Source: an uncultured virus (IMG/VR IMGVR_UViG_2579779168_000001) (lineage: Duplodnaviria > Heunggongvirae > Uroviricota > Caudoviricetes). From it: a stretch of DNA of 64,000 nt. Location of the stretch: IMG/VR virus record IMGVR_UViG_2579779168_000001. One strand, written 5' to 3'. The notes under the pieces were generated by a model. It made no database searches. It was not told the DNA's origin and was given only the letters and a program-made list of their open reading frames with translations. Below, piece after piece: positions 1 to 9,061 of this stretch. Both the position numbers and the translations under genes were made by a program. Within the stretch, counting starts at the first letter, position 1. The number at the start of each line of letters is the position of its first letter.

Positions 1-276
1 ATGGGTGAGCGGGACTGGACCATTCTGGACGACGAGGCATTCGTCAGGATCGCGGAACAGCAGATTTGGCTCTCCGCCTTCGCCTCCAACAATCCTCGCG
101 CACCGGTACATAAAGAGGCCGATGCCGCCTATGACGAAGCCGAGCGCAGGCAGAAGCCTTGGCTGTATCAGCGCGCCTGGAACAAAGCCTCCCGCTCCTG
201 CGGCTACGAGCCCAGCTAGGAGGAAGTTGCGCGCGCCCTCGCCCCCACCCCCACCGGGGAGGCCTCCGATGTCTGA
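1..276 (+). pseudogene. Phage hypothetical gene with a probable premature stop
   Basis: TAG at 217-219; in-frame read-through ends APTPTGEASDV* at 276, the same C-terminus as the 3373-4143 product. Confidence 0.5.
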
Positions 277-281
277 GGGGC
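239..281 (+). repeat. 43-bp direct repeat, copy 1 (copy 2 at 4106-4148)
   Basis: Identical TCGCCCCCACCCCCACCGGGGAGGCCTCCGATGTCTGAGGGGC, spanning an RBS and an overlapping start/stop. Confidence 0.95.
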
Positions 282-380
282 TCAGGGTGCTTGTCGCCTG
301 CGAATTCAGCGGCACGGTTCGCCGGGCCTTCGCCGCGCGCGGGCATGATGCGTGGTCGTGCGACCTCCTGCCGGCGGAAG
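269..380 (+). pseudogene. N-terminal fragment of a phage cytosine-methyltransferase-like protein
   Basis: MSEGLRVLVACEFSGTVRRAFAARGHDAWSCDLLPAE is a typical phage MTase-like N-terminus; similarity then stops abruptly. Confidence 0.65.
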
Positions 381-497
381 CCCGCGCCCCCGTTGGAACG
401 CCTGGACGGCCGCCTTCGTCTTCGGCCCTGGCTTCCCGTCAACGACAAGCGAATAGCCGAGCGCGACCAGCGCCCGCTGAACTGCGGTCGTGTCCAT
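370..497 (-). pseudogene. 5' fragment of an endolysin (peptidoglycan-binding domain)
   Basis: MDTTAVQRALVALGYSLVVDGKPGPKTKAAVQAFQ is nearly identical to the N-terminus of 16065-16865; 445-508 is identical to 16813-16876. Confidence 0.85.
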
Positions 498-654
498 GAA
501 GTGCTCCGGATGTGAAAAAGCCGCCTCAGAGGGCGGCGAAAAGGCGTAGGGCGGCTCGCTCCCAGGACAACAAGAGACGGGACGCAACGCGCACCGCTTG
601 CCAGACAACCGCCGCGTGTGCGATGCCCACATGATGCTAACCACCGAGGGCGCC

Positions 655-1494
655 ATGCTCGCGAAGACCGCCGACGTTGTCTCGATCGACTTCGAAAGCA
701 TGGACGAGTGGCGTGCCTGGGCAGCGGCCAATAGCTACCGCATGCGCGACGAAGCGCTCGCCGAGGTCCGGTCGCACGGACAAGCGAACGGCGTCATCGA
801 ACCCCTTACCGGACGGACATTCACGGCCGAACAGATCGAATGGAACCCGGAGAACATGCGCGAGTCCGGCGCCGCGGCCGGACTGATCTCTCGTCACCGC
901 GCGACACTGTTGGCCATCGCTGAGTGCCTGCCGGATATCAACAAATACGAGACGAAGATTTATGGCGCCGAAGCGCTGACGGAGTTCGCGCTTGCTCTCC
1001 GCTCGATCTATCCGAAGTTCATCGGCTCTGAATACGCCATCAACGAGCACGTCACCCGATGGCTTTATCCGATCCCGAGCGAAGACCTGACCGCCCTCTC
1101 ATTCGGTGACGAGACGTTTGACCTCGTCACGACGAACGAGGTTCTAGAGCACGTCCCTTCCATCGACGCGGCGTTGGCCGAGATCAAGCGCGTGCTCAAA
1201 CCTGGCGGGTGGCACGTCGGAACCTGCCCGTTCGTCTACGGCCAGCAAGAGTCGATCGTGAAAGCTCGGCTCGACGCGAACGGTGCCATCATCGAGATGA
1301 TGAAACCGGAATATCACGGCAACCCGATGAGTGAAAAAGGCTCGCTCGTGTTTGAGTTGCCGGGATGGGACATCCTGAGCAGGGCAAAGGCAGCGGGCTT
1401 CTCCCGCGCCTTCTGGAAATACCTTCGCTCGGCCTCTTACGGCATTGCTGCCAACGACACCGGCGGCGTCTTTGTGCTCTGCCTGCGGCGCTGA
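655..1494 (+). CDS. Class I SAM-dependent methyltransferase (Methyltransf_11-like), moron
   Basis: DLTALSFGDETFDLVTTNEVLEHV...KRVLKPGG motif; GAGGG RBS before ATG 655 (ORF open from 598). Confidence 0.85.
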   Translation: MLAKTADVVSIDFESMDEWRAWAAANSYRMRDEALAEVRSHGQANGVIEPLTGRTFTAEQIEWNPENMRESGAAAGLISRHRATLLAIAECLPDINKYETKIYGAEALTEFALALRSIYPKFIGSEYAINEHVTRWLYPIPSEDLTALSFGDETFDLVTTNEVLEHVPSIDAALAEIKRVLKPGGWHVGTCPFVYGQQESIVKARLDANGAIIEMMKPEYHGNPMSEKGSLVFELPGWDILSRAKAAGFSRAFWKYLRSASYGIAANDTGGVFVLCLRR

Positions 1495-2129
1495 GACGGT
1501 CGGCTCCCCAACAGATAGATTGCCGGGTTAATTGCTATTGCTGCGAAAAGTAGTACTCCCCATCGGGCTTTACGGCATGATCCAGAGTTTCAACGCGTCT
1601 AACTGGATCGTTATAGCGTTGCTCGGGACAGTTCTTGGCGATCCGAAGCAGCGATCCTGCATCGCACGACTGTTGTACGATAGGCTGCCAGTCTAAGCTG
1701 CGCGGATATCTTTAACTGCCCGCGCCACTAGGCAAATCTCGACCGCGTCACGCCCCTTTAACCGTGGCCTCGTGTCCTTGCTACAGCGCCTCGATTGTGC
1801 CGCCACCAGTGAGCCGCATGTCTTCGAACATGCCAAAAGAGCCATCGCCGCGCTGAATGCTCATATTCTGGCTTCCGCCCGTGATGATGCCTTGAAACAT
1901 CTGGCTTTGGAGGCCTGCGGTGAATAGTACGCACGTGCTGCGCTTCGGGCAAAACGGCAGGGCCACATTCGCCCACAGGGTGGCAGAACCCATCTGTCCT
2001 GGCCCGATCGCCATGGAATAGCTGAAAGTGACAAGGTTCTGATCTTTAAGGTGACGACGCCAATAGCCCGAACCGGTTGCGCCGGGCTTCGCGGCTCGGC
2101 CTCTTGGGCCTGCTGGCGAGCAAGCGCGG

Positions 2130-3131
2130 ATGGTTGCTGCGAAGCTCTACAATGCGATGTGGAAGGCGCGGCGCGGGGGCGCTGGCGACGAACAGGACAA
2201 CAAGCCGAAGTACCCGAAGGGTTCGATCGGTGAAGCCTGGGAGCTTTATCGCCGTACACCCGAATGGCCGAAAAAAGCGCAACGGACCCGCGAGGAGTGG
2301 GATCGGGTCTGGGCTCGGGTCGAGCCGGTGTTCGCCGACCAGAAGCCGAAGACCGTCACGCTCATTGATGTGAGCGAGTGGCGCCAGTTCGTCGAGGAGA
2401 CCGTATCCCTCCGCGAGGCGCACCGCTGCATCAAAATCTGGCGCGCTCTTTGGCAGGTCATGGCCGCGATGAAGTACTGCGATGCGGAGAACGACCCGTC
2501 GTTCGGCGTCCGCAACACCGAGCCGGCTCCGAGGTCGCAGGAATGGCAGCTCGCGGAGATCGTTCGGATCGGGAAGCGGGCATGGCGGGAAGGCTACAAG
2601 GGCCTCGCAGCGATCCTGGCGGTGATGTGGGACGGCATGATGTCGCCAGTCGACGCGCGCACCATCAAGCCCGCTCAGCGGATCAGGCACGGCAACCTGC
2701 AGGCGTTCGCGATCACTCGCGGCAAGACAGGCGCCCTCGCCTACGCCCCGATCACTCGTCGCGCAGCGAAGGTCATGGATGCCTATCTGTCGGATAGGAA
2801 GGTCGTGGATCTGGAGAGACCGCTTTTCCGGACCCGGCGCGATTCGGACTACCGGAAGAACAGCCTGGCCGAGGACTTCCGCGATATTCGCAATCTCGTC
2901 TATCCGGGCGACACCAGGACCCTCACCGACATCCGTCGATCGGGCGCTCTGGAGGCATCAGCCGGCGAGGTCGACCCGAAGGCTCTGTCCGATGTGATGG
3001 GGAATACGCTGGCGCAATCAAAGGCACTGCAGCGCACTTACACGCCTGCGCAGATCGCGACGGCGGCCACCGTTCCTGAAGCGAGACGACGCGGCCGGCG
3101 GGCAAGATCGGCGAACGAAAACAGCTCATAA
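2130..3131 (+). CDS. int: Tyrosine recombinase/integrase, probably 5'-truncated
   Basis: TRGKTG, DIRRSGALEA and terminal RTY motifs of rhizobial phage integrases; adjacent to the tRNA att core; in-frame integrase-like sequence extends upstream to a stop near 2074 with no start codon. Confidence 0.75.
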   Translation: MVAAKLYNAMWKARRGGAGDEQDNKPKYPKGSIGEAWELYRRTPEWPKKAQRTREEWDRVWARVEPVFADQKPKTVTLIDVSEWRQFVEETVSLREAHRCIKIWRALWQVMAAMKYCDAENDPSFGVRNTEPAPRSQEWQLAEIVRIGKRAWREGYKGLAAILAVMWDGMMSPVDARTIKPAQRIRHGNLQAFAITRGKTGALAYAPITRRAAKVMDAYLSDRKVVDLERPLFRTRRDSDYRKNSLAEDFRDIRNLVYPGDTRTLTDIRRSGALEASAGEVDPKALSDVMGNTLAQSKALQRTYTPAQIATAATVPEARRRGRRARSANENSS

Positions 3132-3219
3132 TTCCGAAATTGCCGGCGTGGCCATTCCGAACTGACCGCAGCCCCCGAAGGGGAAAGATCAATAAGGTGC
3201 TGAATTTCTTGGAGAAACA

Positions 3220-3269
3220 TGGCGCGGGCGACGGGGCTCGAACCCGCGACCTCCGGCGTGACAGGCCGG
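3220..3269 (-). other. att core: 3' half of tRNA-Asp(GTC), from anticodon arm to CCA
   Basis: Reverse complement CCGGCCTGTCACGCCGGAGGTCGCGGGTTCGAGCCCCGTCGCCCGCGCCA; no D-arm or 5' acceptor strand upstream. Confidence 0.9.
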
Positions 3270-3372
3270 AAATATGCTAATAGCGCCAATGGCGCGTTAC
3301 AAACTTCAGCCCAGGAATATGCGGGAGAAACGCCCAGTTTTGTAACGCCCCTCTCCCCGAGGAGCGCGCGCC

Positions 3373-4143
3373 ATGGGTGAGCTGAGCAAAATCGAATGGA
3401 CGGACCACACGTTCAATCCGTGGATCGGCTGCACCAAAGTCTCACCGGCATGCGACCATTGCTATGCCGAGGCGATGATGGATACGCGCTATGGCCGCGT
3501 TCGCTGGGGGGCTGGCGAGGATAGGTCGAGGACATCGGCGGCAAACTGGCGCCTGCCTACCCGCTGGGACCGTGAGGCCGCTGCGGCAGGTACGCGGCCA
3601 TTCGTCTTCTGCGCCTCGCTAGCCGATGTGTTCGACAACGAGGTCGATCCGCTTTGGCGCAGCGACCTCATGGTGCTGATCGAGAAGACGCCAAACCTGA
3701 TTTGGCTTCTGCTGACGAAGCGCATCGGCAACGTCATCAAGATGACCGACCCCGCGCGCGGCAACCACATGCTGCCGCCGAACGTCGCGCTGGGCGCCAC
3801 GCTGCCGAACCAGATGGAGTACGATCGCGACCGCATCAAGCTTCGCGAAGCCGGTGCGGCGAACGGCGTGTTGTTCACCTTTGGCAGCTTCGAGCCGATG
3901 CTCGGGCCGGTCATCCTCGACTGCAATGCGCCGGACTGGATCATCTGCGGCGGCGAAAGCGGCCAAGGCGCGCGCGAGATGGATCCGCAATGGGCGCGTT
4001 CCCTTCGCGATGGCAGCAAGCGGTTCGGCCGCGCCTTCTTCATGAAGCAGATGACCGGCAAGCGTCCGATCCCTGACGACCTGATGGTGCGCGAGTTGCC
4101 CGCCTTCGCCCCCACCCCCACCGGGGAGGCCTCCGATGTCTGA
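3373..4143 (+). CDS. DUF5131 / phage Gp37-Gp68 family protein
   Basis: SKIEWTDHTFNPWIGCTKVSPACDHCYAE, LLTKR, SFEPMLG and WIICGGESG motifs. Confidence 0.9.
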   Translation: MGELSKIEWTDHTFNPWIGCTKVSPACDHCYAEAMMDTRYGRVRWGAGEDRSRTSAANWRLPTRWDREAAAAGTRPFVFCASLADVFDNEVDPLWRSDLMVLIEKTPNLIWLLLTKRIGNVIKMTDPARGNHMLPPNVALGATLPNQMEYDRDRIKLREAGAANGVLFTFGSFEPMLGPVILDCNAPDWIICGGESGQGAREMDPQWARSLRDGSKRFGRAFFMKQMTGKRPIPDDLMVRELPAFAPTPTGEASDV

Positions 4144-4148
4144 GGGGC
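4106..4148 (+). repeat. 43-bp direct repeat, copy 2
   Basis: Identical to 239-281. Confidence 0.95.
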
Positions 4149-4771
4149 GGAACACAGAGATGGTGTCGCGGCTTCGCGAGATCGCGATGGGCCGTCTCAA
4201 GCCGGACAACGGATCGTCGGTTCCGCTCGCTGACGAACTTCGCGCCGCAGCCGACGCCCTAGAGTCGACCTCCCGCGCCCTGAGCGAGAAGGAGGGGGAG
4301 CTGGCGGAGGCGCGGGCTCGAATTCAGGCTCTGGCATGGGAAAAGGACGTAGCGATTATTGCGGCGCGGGATGCGGTCCTCTCCGCAATTGCCGCAAGCC
4401 CCGAGGAAGGGTGGCACTACAGCATCAACTTCGGCCCGGACGGAGAGGCCAATTACGCCAACGTCTACGCTCCGAACGATGCTTTCGTCGGCAACCTCAA
4501 GACCCACCACGCGGCGATGATTGTCGCTGGCATGAACGCCGCAGCATCCGCCACCAGCCAGCGCGACGAAGCCCTAGCCGCCCTCAAAGCAGCGCGGGAG
4601 GCTTTGGAGCCGTTCGCGCGGATCGCTGAAGAATATGCCGACCAGGAAGACGACGACTTTCAGGTCTGGCGCGACTTCGACGTTCTCGGGGCTACGCTTC
4701 CGCTTCGCATCTTCCGCGCCGCCCGATCGGCTCTGGAGAACGGCCCTGGAGGTTCTGGTCATGGGCAATAA
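4136..4771 (+). CDS. Phage hypothetical protein
   Basis: Translationally coupled ORF in a + strand gene string. Confidence 0.7.
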   Translation: MSEGRNTEMVSRLREIAMGRLKPDNGSSVPLADELRAAADALESTSRALSEKEGELAEARARIQALAWEKDVAIIAARDAVLSAIAASPEEGWHYSINFGPDGEANYANVYAPNDAFVGNLKTHHAAMIVAGMNAAASATSQRDEALAALKAAREALEPFARIAEEYADQEDDDFQVWRDFDVLGATLPLRIFRAARSALENGPGGSGHGQ

Positions 4772-5390
4772 GCCGACACGCGCAGACCGCATCATTCGAC
4801 CGGTGAGGATCGAGGGCGACTTGGCTTTCATCCCGCTCAGCCAAAACCTTGAGGCAGTCATTGACGCGTCAGATGCACCACTCGTTGAAGGGCGAAATTG
4901 GCACGCGGTCGAAAACCGCAACGTCTTCTATGCGCGGGCTTGCGGGCCTCGCGGGACAAAGCCGCGCCGCATGATCCCGCTGCATCGTCTGCTGATGTCC
5001 CCGCCTGACGGTCTCTTGGTCGATCATATCGACGGCAACGGTCTCAACTGCCGTCGCTCAAACATGAGGCTGGCGACGGTCGCAGAGAATACACGCAACC
5101 AGCGTCTCAGCGTGGCTAACACAAGCCAGCGAAAGGGCGTTACCTGGCACAAGCGACTGCGCAAATGGGTAGCTTACATCGGCGTATCGGGGCGCACTCT
5201 TCATCTGGGGCGTTTCGATGACATCGAAGAGGCCGCAGCCAAGCGCGCCGAAGCTGAAGCGAAATATTACAACGACTTCGCCACCCGTAATAATCGGGGG
5301 TGCCTTGTCATGAGCGACGCAAGCGGCTGCGCCAGTCCCACAAAAAAAGATCCAGGGACGGAACAGAGGGAGGCGGGCAATGCGCGCTGA
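4761..5390 (+). CDS. HNH-AP2 homing endonuclease-like protein
   Basis: LHRLLM...VDHIDGNGLNCRRSNMRLAT..EN (HNH_3) followed by an AP2-like KGVTWHK..KWVAYI...LGRF. Confidence 0.88.
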   Translation: MGNKPTRADRIIRPVRIEGDLAFIPLSQNLEAVIDASDAPLVEGRNWHAVENRNVFYARACGPRGTKPRRMIPLHRLLMSPPDGLLVDHIDGNGLNCRRSNMRLATVAENTRNQRLSVANTSQRKGVTWHKRLRKWVAYIGVSGRTLHLGRFDDIEEAAAKRAEAEAKYYNDFATRNNRGCLVMSDASGCASPTKKDPGTEQREAGNAR

Positions 5391-5667
5391 TGCTCTCGTT
5401 CGCCAGACCCTTGAGGCCGTCTTGCCTCCCAATGTGCCGCCATCGTTCCGCGATATCGTTGGCGCTCGCTTTGTCGGGAAGAATGCCGTCACCGCCGGGC
5501 TGATCATGGTCGACGGTCTTCCCGCCACCGTCAGCCTGACGCGATGGGCGTTTGGCTGGTCTCACCGTTTCACCCACATGGAAGGCGGCGCGCTGTCGTT
5601 CGAGAACGGCGCATGGGTTCGTGTTGACGACCCACAATATGCGCTGCCGCTCACGGAGGCAGCATGA
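5380..5667 (+). CDS. Phage hypothetical protein
   Basis: Coupled ORF with RBS. Confidence 0.6.
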   Translation: MRADALVRQTLEAVLPPNVPPSFRDIVGARFVGKNAVTAGLIMVDGLPATVSLTRWAFGWSHRFTHMEGGALSFENGAWVRVDDPQYALPLTEAA

Positions 5668-6086
5668 CCCCTCTCTCACCCCCCGCCGCGCAGGGGACGG
5701 CAGCGCGACCGAAGCCGATGGACCTCCCGGCCTTGCTCCGAGACGCTTTCCTCGCCGGGCGCGGGCTCAAGGACGGCGACAAGCTGTCCGATGCCGATCA
5801 AGCGGCATGGGTGGCCTACGATCCCGAACCCATGCTCGCGTACCAGCGGCTAGTCGCGTTCCTATCCGCCTCCCCATCCCCTGAAGCCTTTCCGGCGAGC
5901 GGGGTGGAAAAGCTGCGTGAAGCGGCCGAGTTCGCTTGGTTTCGCGCCGACGATGTTTCGGAGCGCATCCATTCGGGGAAATACCGGGCCAGTCTGAGCG
6001 ATGTCGAGGATTTACGAAACCAAATCCGCAAGCTCGTCAACCTGACCCGCGCCCTCACCGCTGCCCCAGCGCCGGAAGATCGGTGA
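5664..6086 (+). CDS. Phage hypothetical protein
   Basis: ATGA overlap with the upstream gene. Confidence 0.6.
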   Translation: MTPLSPPAAQGTAARPKPMDLPALLRDAFLAGRGLKDGDKLSDADQAAWVAYDPEPMLAYQRLVAFLSASPSPEAFPASGVEKLREAAEFAWFRADDVSERIHSGKYRASLSDVEDLRNQIRKLVNLTRALTAAPAPEDR

Positions 6087-6322
6087 TGGGCGTTCGGGAA
6101 GATATCCGTCGAGCACTCTACGATGCGATCGACTGGCAGGAGAGCCTTGCCGACGCGCAGCGCGGAGACCCGGAACAGTTCAAGGAGTGCAAGGAGCAGG
6201 CTCGTCGCTATAGGGCAATTCTCAAGCGCCGATACGGGACATCGAAGTCCATTGCCGAGCAGGCGCTTGAGGGCACGTCCGCAGTCCCGATCACGGAATT
6301 GATGCGGAGGAACCGCCCATGA
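6086..6322 (+). CDS. Phage hypothetical protein
   Basis: TGATG overlap; begins MGVREDIRRAL. Confidence 0.6.
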   Translation: MGVREDIRRALYDAIDWQESLADAQRGDPEQFKECKEQARRYRAILKRRYGTSKSIAEQALEGTSAVPITELMRRNRP

Positions 6323-7125
6323 CCACGACCAACGACGCCCCAGCGCCGGCTCCGAGCGGGCTGGTCAAGAAGCTCGAAAACGCGGCTGAACTCCTCGCGA
6401 TGAACGATGCCTTTGGAGGCGTTCAGCTTGTGATCGCCGAGACTATTGCTGCCCTGTCGCCGGCTCCGAGCGGGAGCGGGGTGCGGGAGGCTCTGGCACA
6501 CGAAGCGAACGAATGGGCCGATCTCGCATCGACTGGTTTTCAATGGCTCAAGAACATTCGCGACGGCATCTCAACCGTCGAGGACGCTATCGCCAATATG
6601 GAACAGGGCTTCAAGCACTGCCACGAGGTTCGCGCCCCCCTCGCCAGCGACGCCAGCCCGAGGGGTGAGGCGATCACGGCCCGCTATACGAATTGGCGCG
6701 GCGAAACGGCGGAGCGCACCTTCATCCCGCATCGCGTGTTCTTCGGCTCAAACGAGTGGCATCCCGAGCCGCAAGTCCTAATTGAGGCCATGGACTGCGA
6801 GAAGGGCGCGCTTCGGACCTTCGCAGCGGCCGGGTTTGCGCATCCCGCGCCCGCCACGGTGGAGAGCTGGCAGGACATTGCGAGCGCGCCGAAGGATGGG
6901 ACGGTGTTCTTCGGTATCGGCCATGACGATGCTTACCCGCAGGCGATGCGCTGGCAGGCATATTCAGCCGACGAGATCGAGGAAATCGGGGAGCCTGGAT
7001 ACTGGGCCTATTGTGAGGATCTGATCGGCGACGTCACCGGATCAGCCTCTCCTCTGCATTGGCGCCCGATGTTCCCACTGCCATCCGCCGCCCTAGCGCC
7101 CGCGACCGAGGGGGGGAAGGGATGA
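6319..7125 (+). CDS. Mosaic phage protein with a WYL-like segment and a DUF551-like C-terminus
   Basis: YTNWRGETAERTFIP...WHPEPQ...RTF (WYL-like); WQDIASAPKDGT...HWRP (DUF551-like). Confidence 0.7.
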   Translation: MTTTNDAPAPAPSGLVKKLENAAELLAMNDAFGGVQLVIAETIAALSPAPSGSGVREALAHEANEWADLASTGFQWLKNIRDGISTVEDAIANMEQGFKHCHEVRAPLASDASPRGEAITARYTNWRGETAERTFIPHRVFFGSNEWHPEPQVLIEAMDCEKGALRTFAAAGFAHPAPATVESWQDIASAPKDGTVFFGIGHDDAYPQAMRWQAYSADEIEEIGEPGYWAYCEDLIGDVTGSASPLHWRPMFPLPSAALAPATEGGKG

Positions 7126-7871
7126 GGGGATTTGATGTGGCATCCGCTAGTGTCCGGCCAGAGACTAGCGAGCGCGAAGCAGATCGAGACGCTGCCAAGA
7201 TCGCGCGCGCTCATTCGCACCATGCGATGTGGGCTGGCCTGCCGACTGGAAGCATTGAGCAATTCGGTATCGCCCTCGCCCAACGGATTGAAGCCGCCAT
7301 AGCCTCTGCACCTGCCACAGCAACCGCAGAGCCGCACGAGCGCATTCGAAAGCTGATGCAGGCTCTGGATGAAAGCGCGGCATCCGAAGGGCGTTGGCAA
7401 CATCGGGCGCAGCACTTCGAAAGGCTCTACGAGGAATGCCAAGCTGCGATGGAGAACGCCGGCTATCTCGGATCGGTGCCTAACTGCATCAAAGAGCTTT
7501 GCGCCCGCGCTGAGAAAGTCGAAGCCGCGCCCCCACCTCCGCCCCAATTCCTCGCGACTGAAGACGGAGAGTCCAACGGGAACGAGGAGCGGTTCCCGAT
7601 CTTTGACAAGCAGCGCTTGGCTCGTCGGATGTACGAACATGAGTGCTACGACAATGGGGTCCGCCCAGAATGGGATAAGGAACTCAAGCCGGTTCGCGCT
7701 CGCTACGAAGGCTATGCGGCAACAGCGATTGCCGACCTCTGCCCTGATGAGGTTCTGGAGAACCAGCCTGTAGCACTCGCGGATGCGCGCTCAAAAGACC
7801 CCTCCCGCCCCGCCATGCCGAAGGAGGAAGACACCAGCACCACCAAGGAGAAACACGATGGTCAACCGTGA
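7122..7871 (+). CDS. Phage hypothetical protein
   Basis: ATGA overlap and strong RBS. Confidence 0.6.
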   Translation: MRGFDVASASVRPETSEREADRDAAKIARAHSHHAMWAGLPTGSIEQFGIALAQRIEAAIASAPATATAEPHERIRKLMQALDESAASEGRWQHRAQHFERLYEECQAAMENAGYLGSVPNCIKELCARAEKVEAAPPPPPQFLATEDGESNGNEERFPIFDKQRLARRMYEHECYDNGVRPEWDKELKPVRARYEGYAATAIADLCPDEVLENQPVALADARSKDPSRPAMPKEEDTSTTKEKHDGQP

Positions 7872-8076
7872 AGCCACGAACGTCGAGAAGGTCGCGTTCG
7901 CCATTACCAACCTGACCTATGCCGAGATGATCGAGGTGGGCGCGAGCCTTCGCGACATCATCGGGGACCGGATTGCCGACGACCCCGAAGTGATGACGAC
8001 CGCGCATGCCGTGGCTGACATCCTCCATAGCTGGGCGGCCGGCGAACTCGTCGAGGAGAACGAAGGCCATGGCTAA
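7858..8076 (+). CDS. Phage hypothetical protein
   Basis: AAGGAG RBS; coupled ORF. Confidence 0.65.
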   Translation: MVNREATNVEKVAFAITNLTYAEMIEVGASLRDIIGDRIADDPEVMTTAHAVADILHSWAAGELVEENEGHG

Positions 8077-8326
8077 GCTGACGAAGGCGCAGCATGCCGT
8101 TCTAGAGCGCATGGCGACTGGTGACGAGGTCTGGACGGTCTCGCCGCCCAACCCCTCAACATTCTGGCACGGAGACATGAACGCGCGAGCGCCGTCCTTT
8201 GCGACCCTGCATGTGCTGTGGAAGCGCGGCGCAATCGAAGACGGTGAAGCCGAGCGCGGGCGTGGGCACAAATACCGAATCACCCCCGCAGGCCGCGCCG
8301 CCTTGGAGCCCAGCGATGAGCGCTGA
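8069..8326 (+). CDS. Small winged-helix-like phage protein
   Basis: KLTKAQHAVL...YRITPAGRAAL pattern. Confidence 0.65.
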   Translation: MAKLTKAQHAVLERMATGDEVWTVSPPNPSTFWHGDMNARAPSFATLHVLWKRGAIEDGEAERGRGHKYRITPAGRAALEPSDER

Positions 8327-8873
8327 CACAGCCCCTGCCGCGATGCCGGGGGATGAGGACGTGGCGCGGCTTGTCGCTGGCGTGATGAGTCGCGACAACC
8401 ATGCGCTGGCCTTGCATACCGCCCGAAAGATCAAGGCCCTCTTCGCCCCGATCCTGGCGGAGAAGGAGCGGGAAAAGGAAGCCGCCATTCAAGTCGCTGA
8501 GATGAATGCCACAGCCGGCGCATTCTGGGCTGAGCGCGGCAAGAACGCCGAAGCCCGCGCCCTAGCCGCCGAAGCAGCGCTCGCTGCGGAGAGGGCCAAC
8601 ACGGTCGATGGCTCGATCGTCATCCGGCTGGATGACAAAGGCGGCATCGACGAGATTTTCGGCAACGGTGTCCTCTGTCACATTGAGCGGCTGGACAAGG
8701 GGCACTGGTTCATCATCCTAACCCGGCCGGACCAGACCCAGGAGGCGTTCTGGCTCAACGGCAAGGGGAAGGTCGAGTTCACGATGCATGAGCATCGGCC
8801 GGCCCCAACGACAGGCCCGAATGTCGAGCCATGGACCGTTGCCGCAGCCATCCGGGCGCAGGGCGCACCATGA
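8316..8873 (+). CDS. Phage hypothetical protein
   Basis: Coupled ORF; last gene of the + strand string. Confidence 0.6.
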   Translation: MSADTAPAAMPGDEDVARLVAGVMSRDNHALALHTARKIKALFAPILAEKEREKEAAIQVAEMNATAGAFWAERGKNAEARALAAEAALAAERANTVDGSIVIRLDDKGGIDEIFGNGVLCHIERLDKGHWFIILTRPDQTQEAFWLNGKGKVEFTMHEHRPAPTTGPNVEPWTVAAAIRAQGAP

Positions 8874-9061
8874 CCCGCGCCAACGGCTTCACCATCACCG
8901 GCTGAGAAGCGTCATCCAGAGTAAGACACCGGCCGCAACCCATGCAGCGGCGACGAGCGCAGCTTCAGCATGGCGACGAAGCGCGCGCCGCCACCAAGGC
9001 AGCGCCGCCCGCCGCGCCCGCTCCTCGGCATTGTCCCGGCCGATCTGCTCCCAATGGCCCA

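Larger units (their letters stand above)
1..3219. mobile_element. Degenerate remnant of an older related prophage (left boundary probably outside the window)
   Basis: Contains fragments homologous to the downstream prophage (43-bp gene-junction repeat, endolysin 5' end), truncated genes, and a 5'-truncated integrase next to the tRNA-Asp att core. Confidence 0.75.

Noticed and set aside
217..219. Amber stop-codon recoding
   Set aside because: It is a single in-frame TAG in a decayed region; TAG ends genes normally elsewhere and no suppressor tRNA is seen
1500..2050. Small ORF 1781-2014 and AT-richer spacer
   Set aside because: No recognisable motif; possibly a decayed gene fragment that cannot be called from sequence alone
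3220..3269. Functional tRNA-Asp gene
   Set aside because: Only the anticodon arm through CCA is present; the 5' acceptor strand and D-arm are missing, so it is treated as an att core
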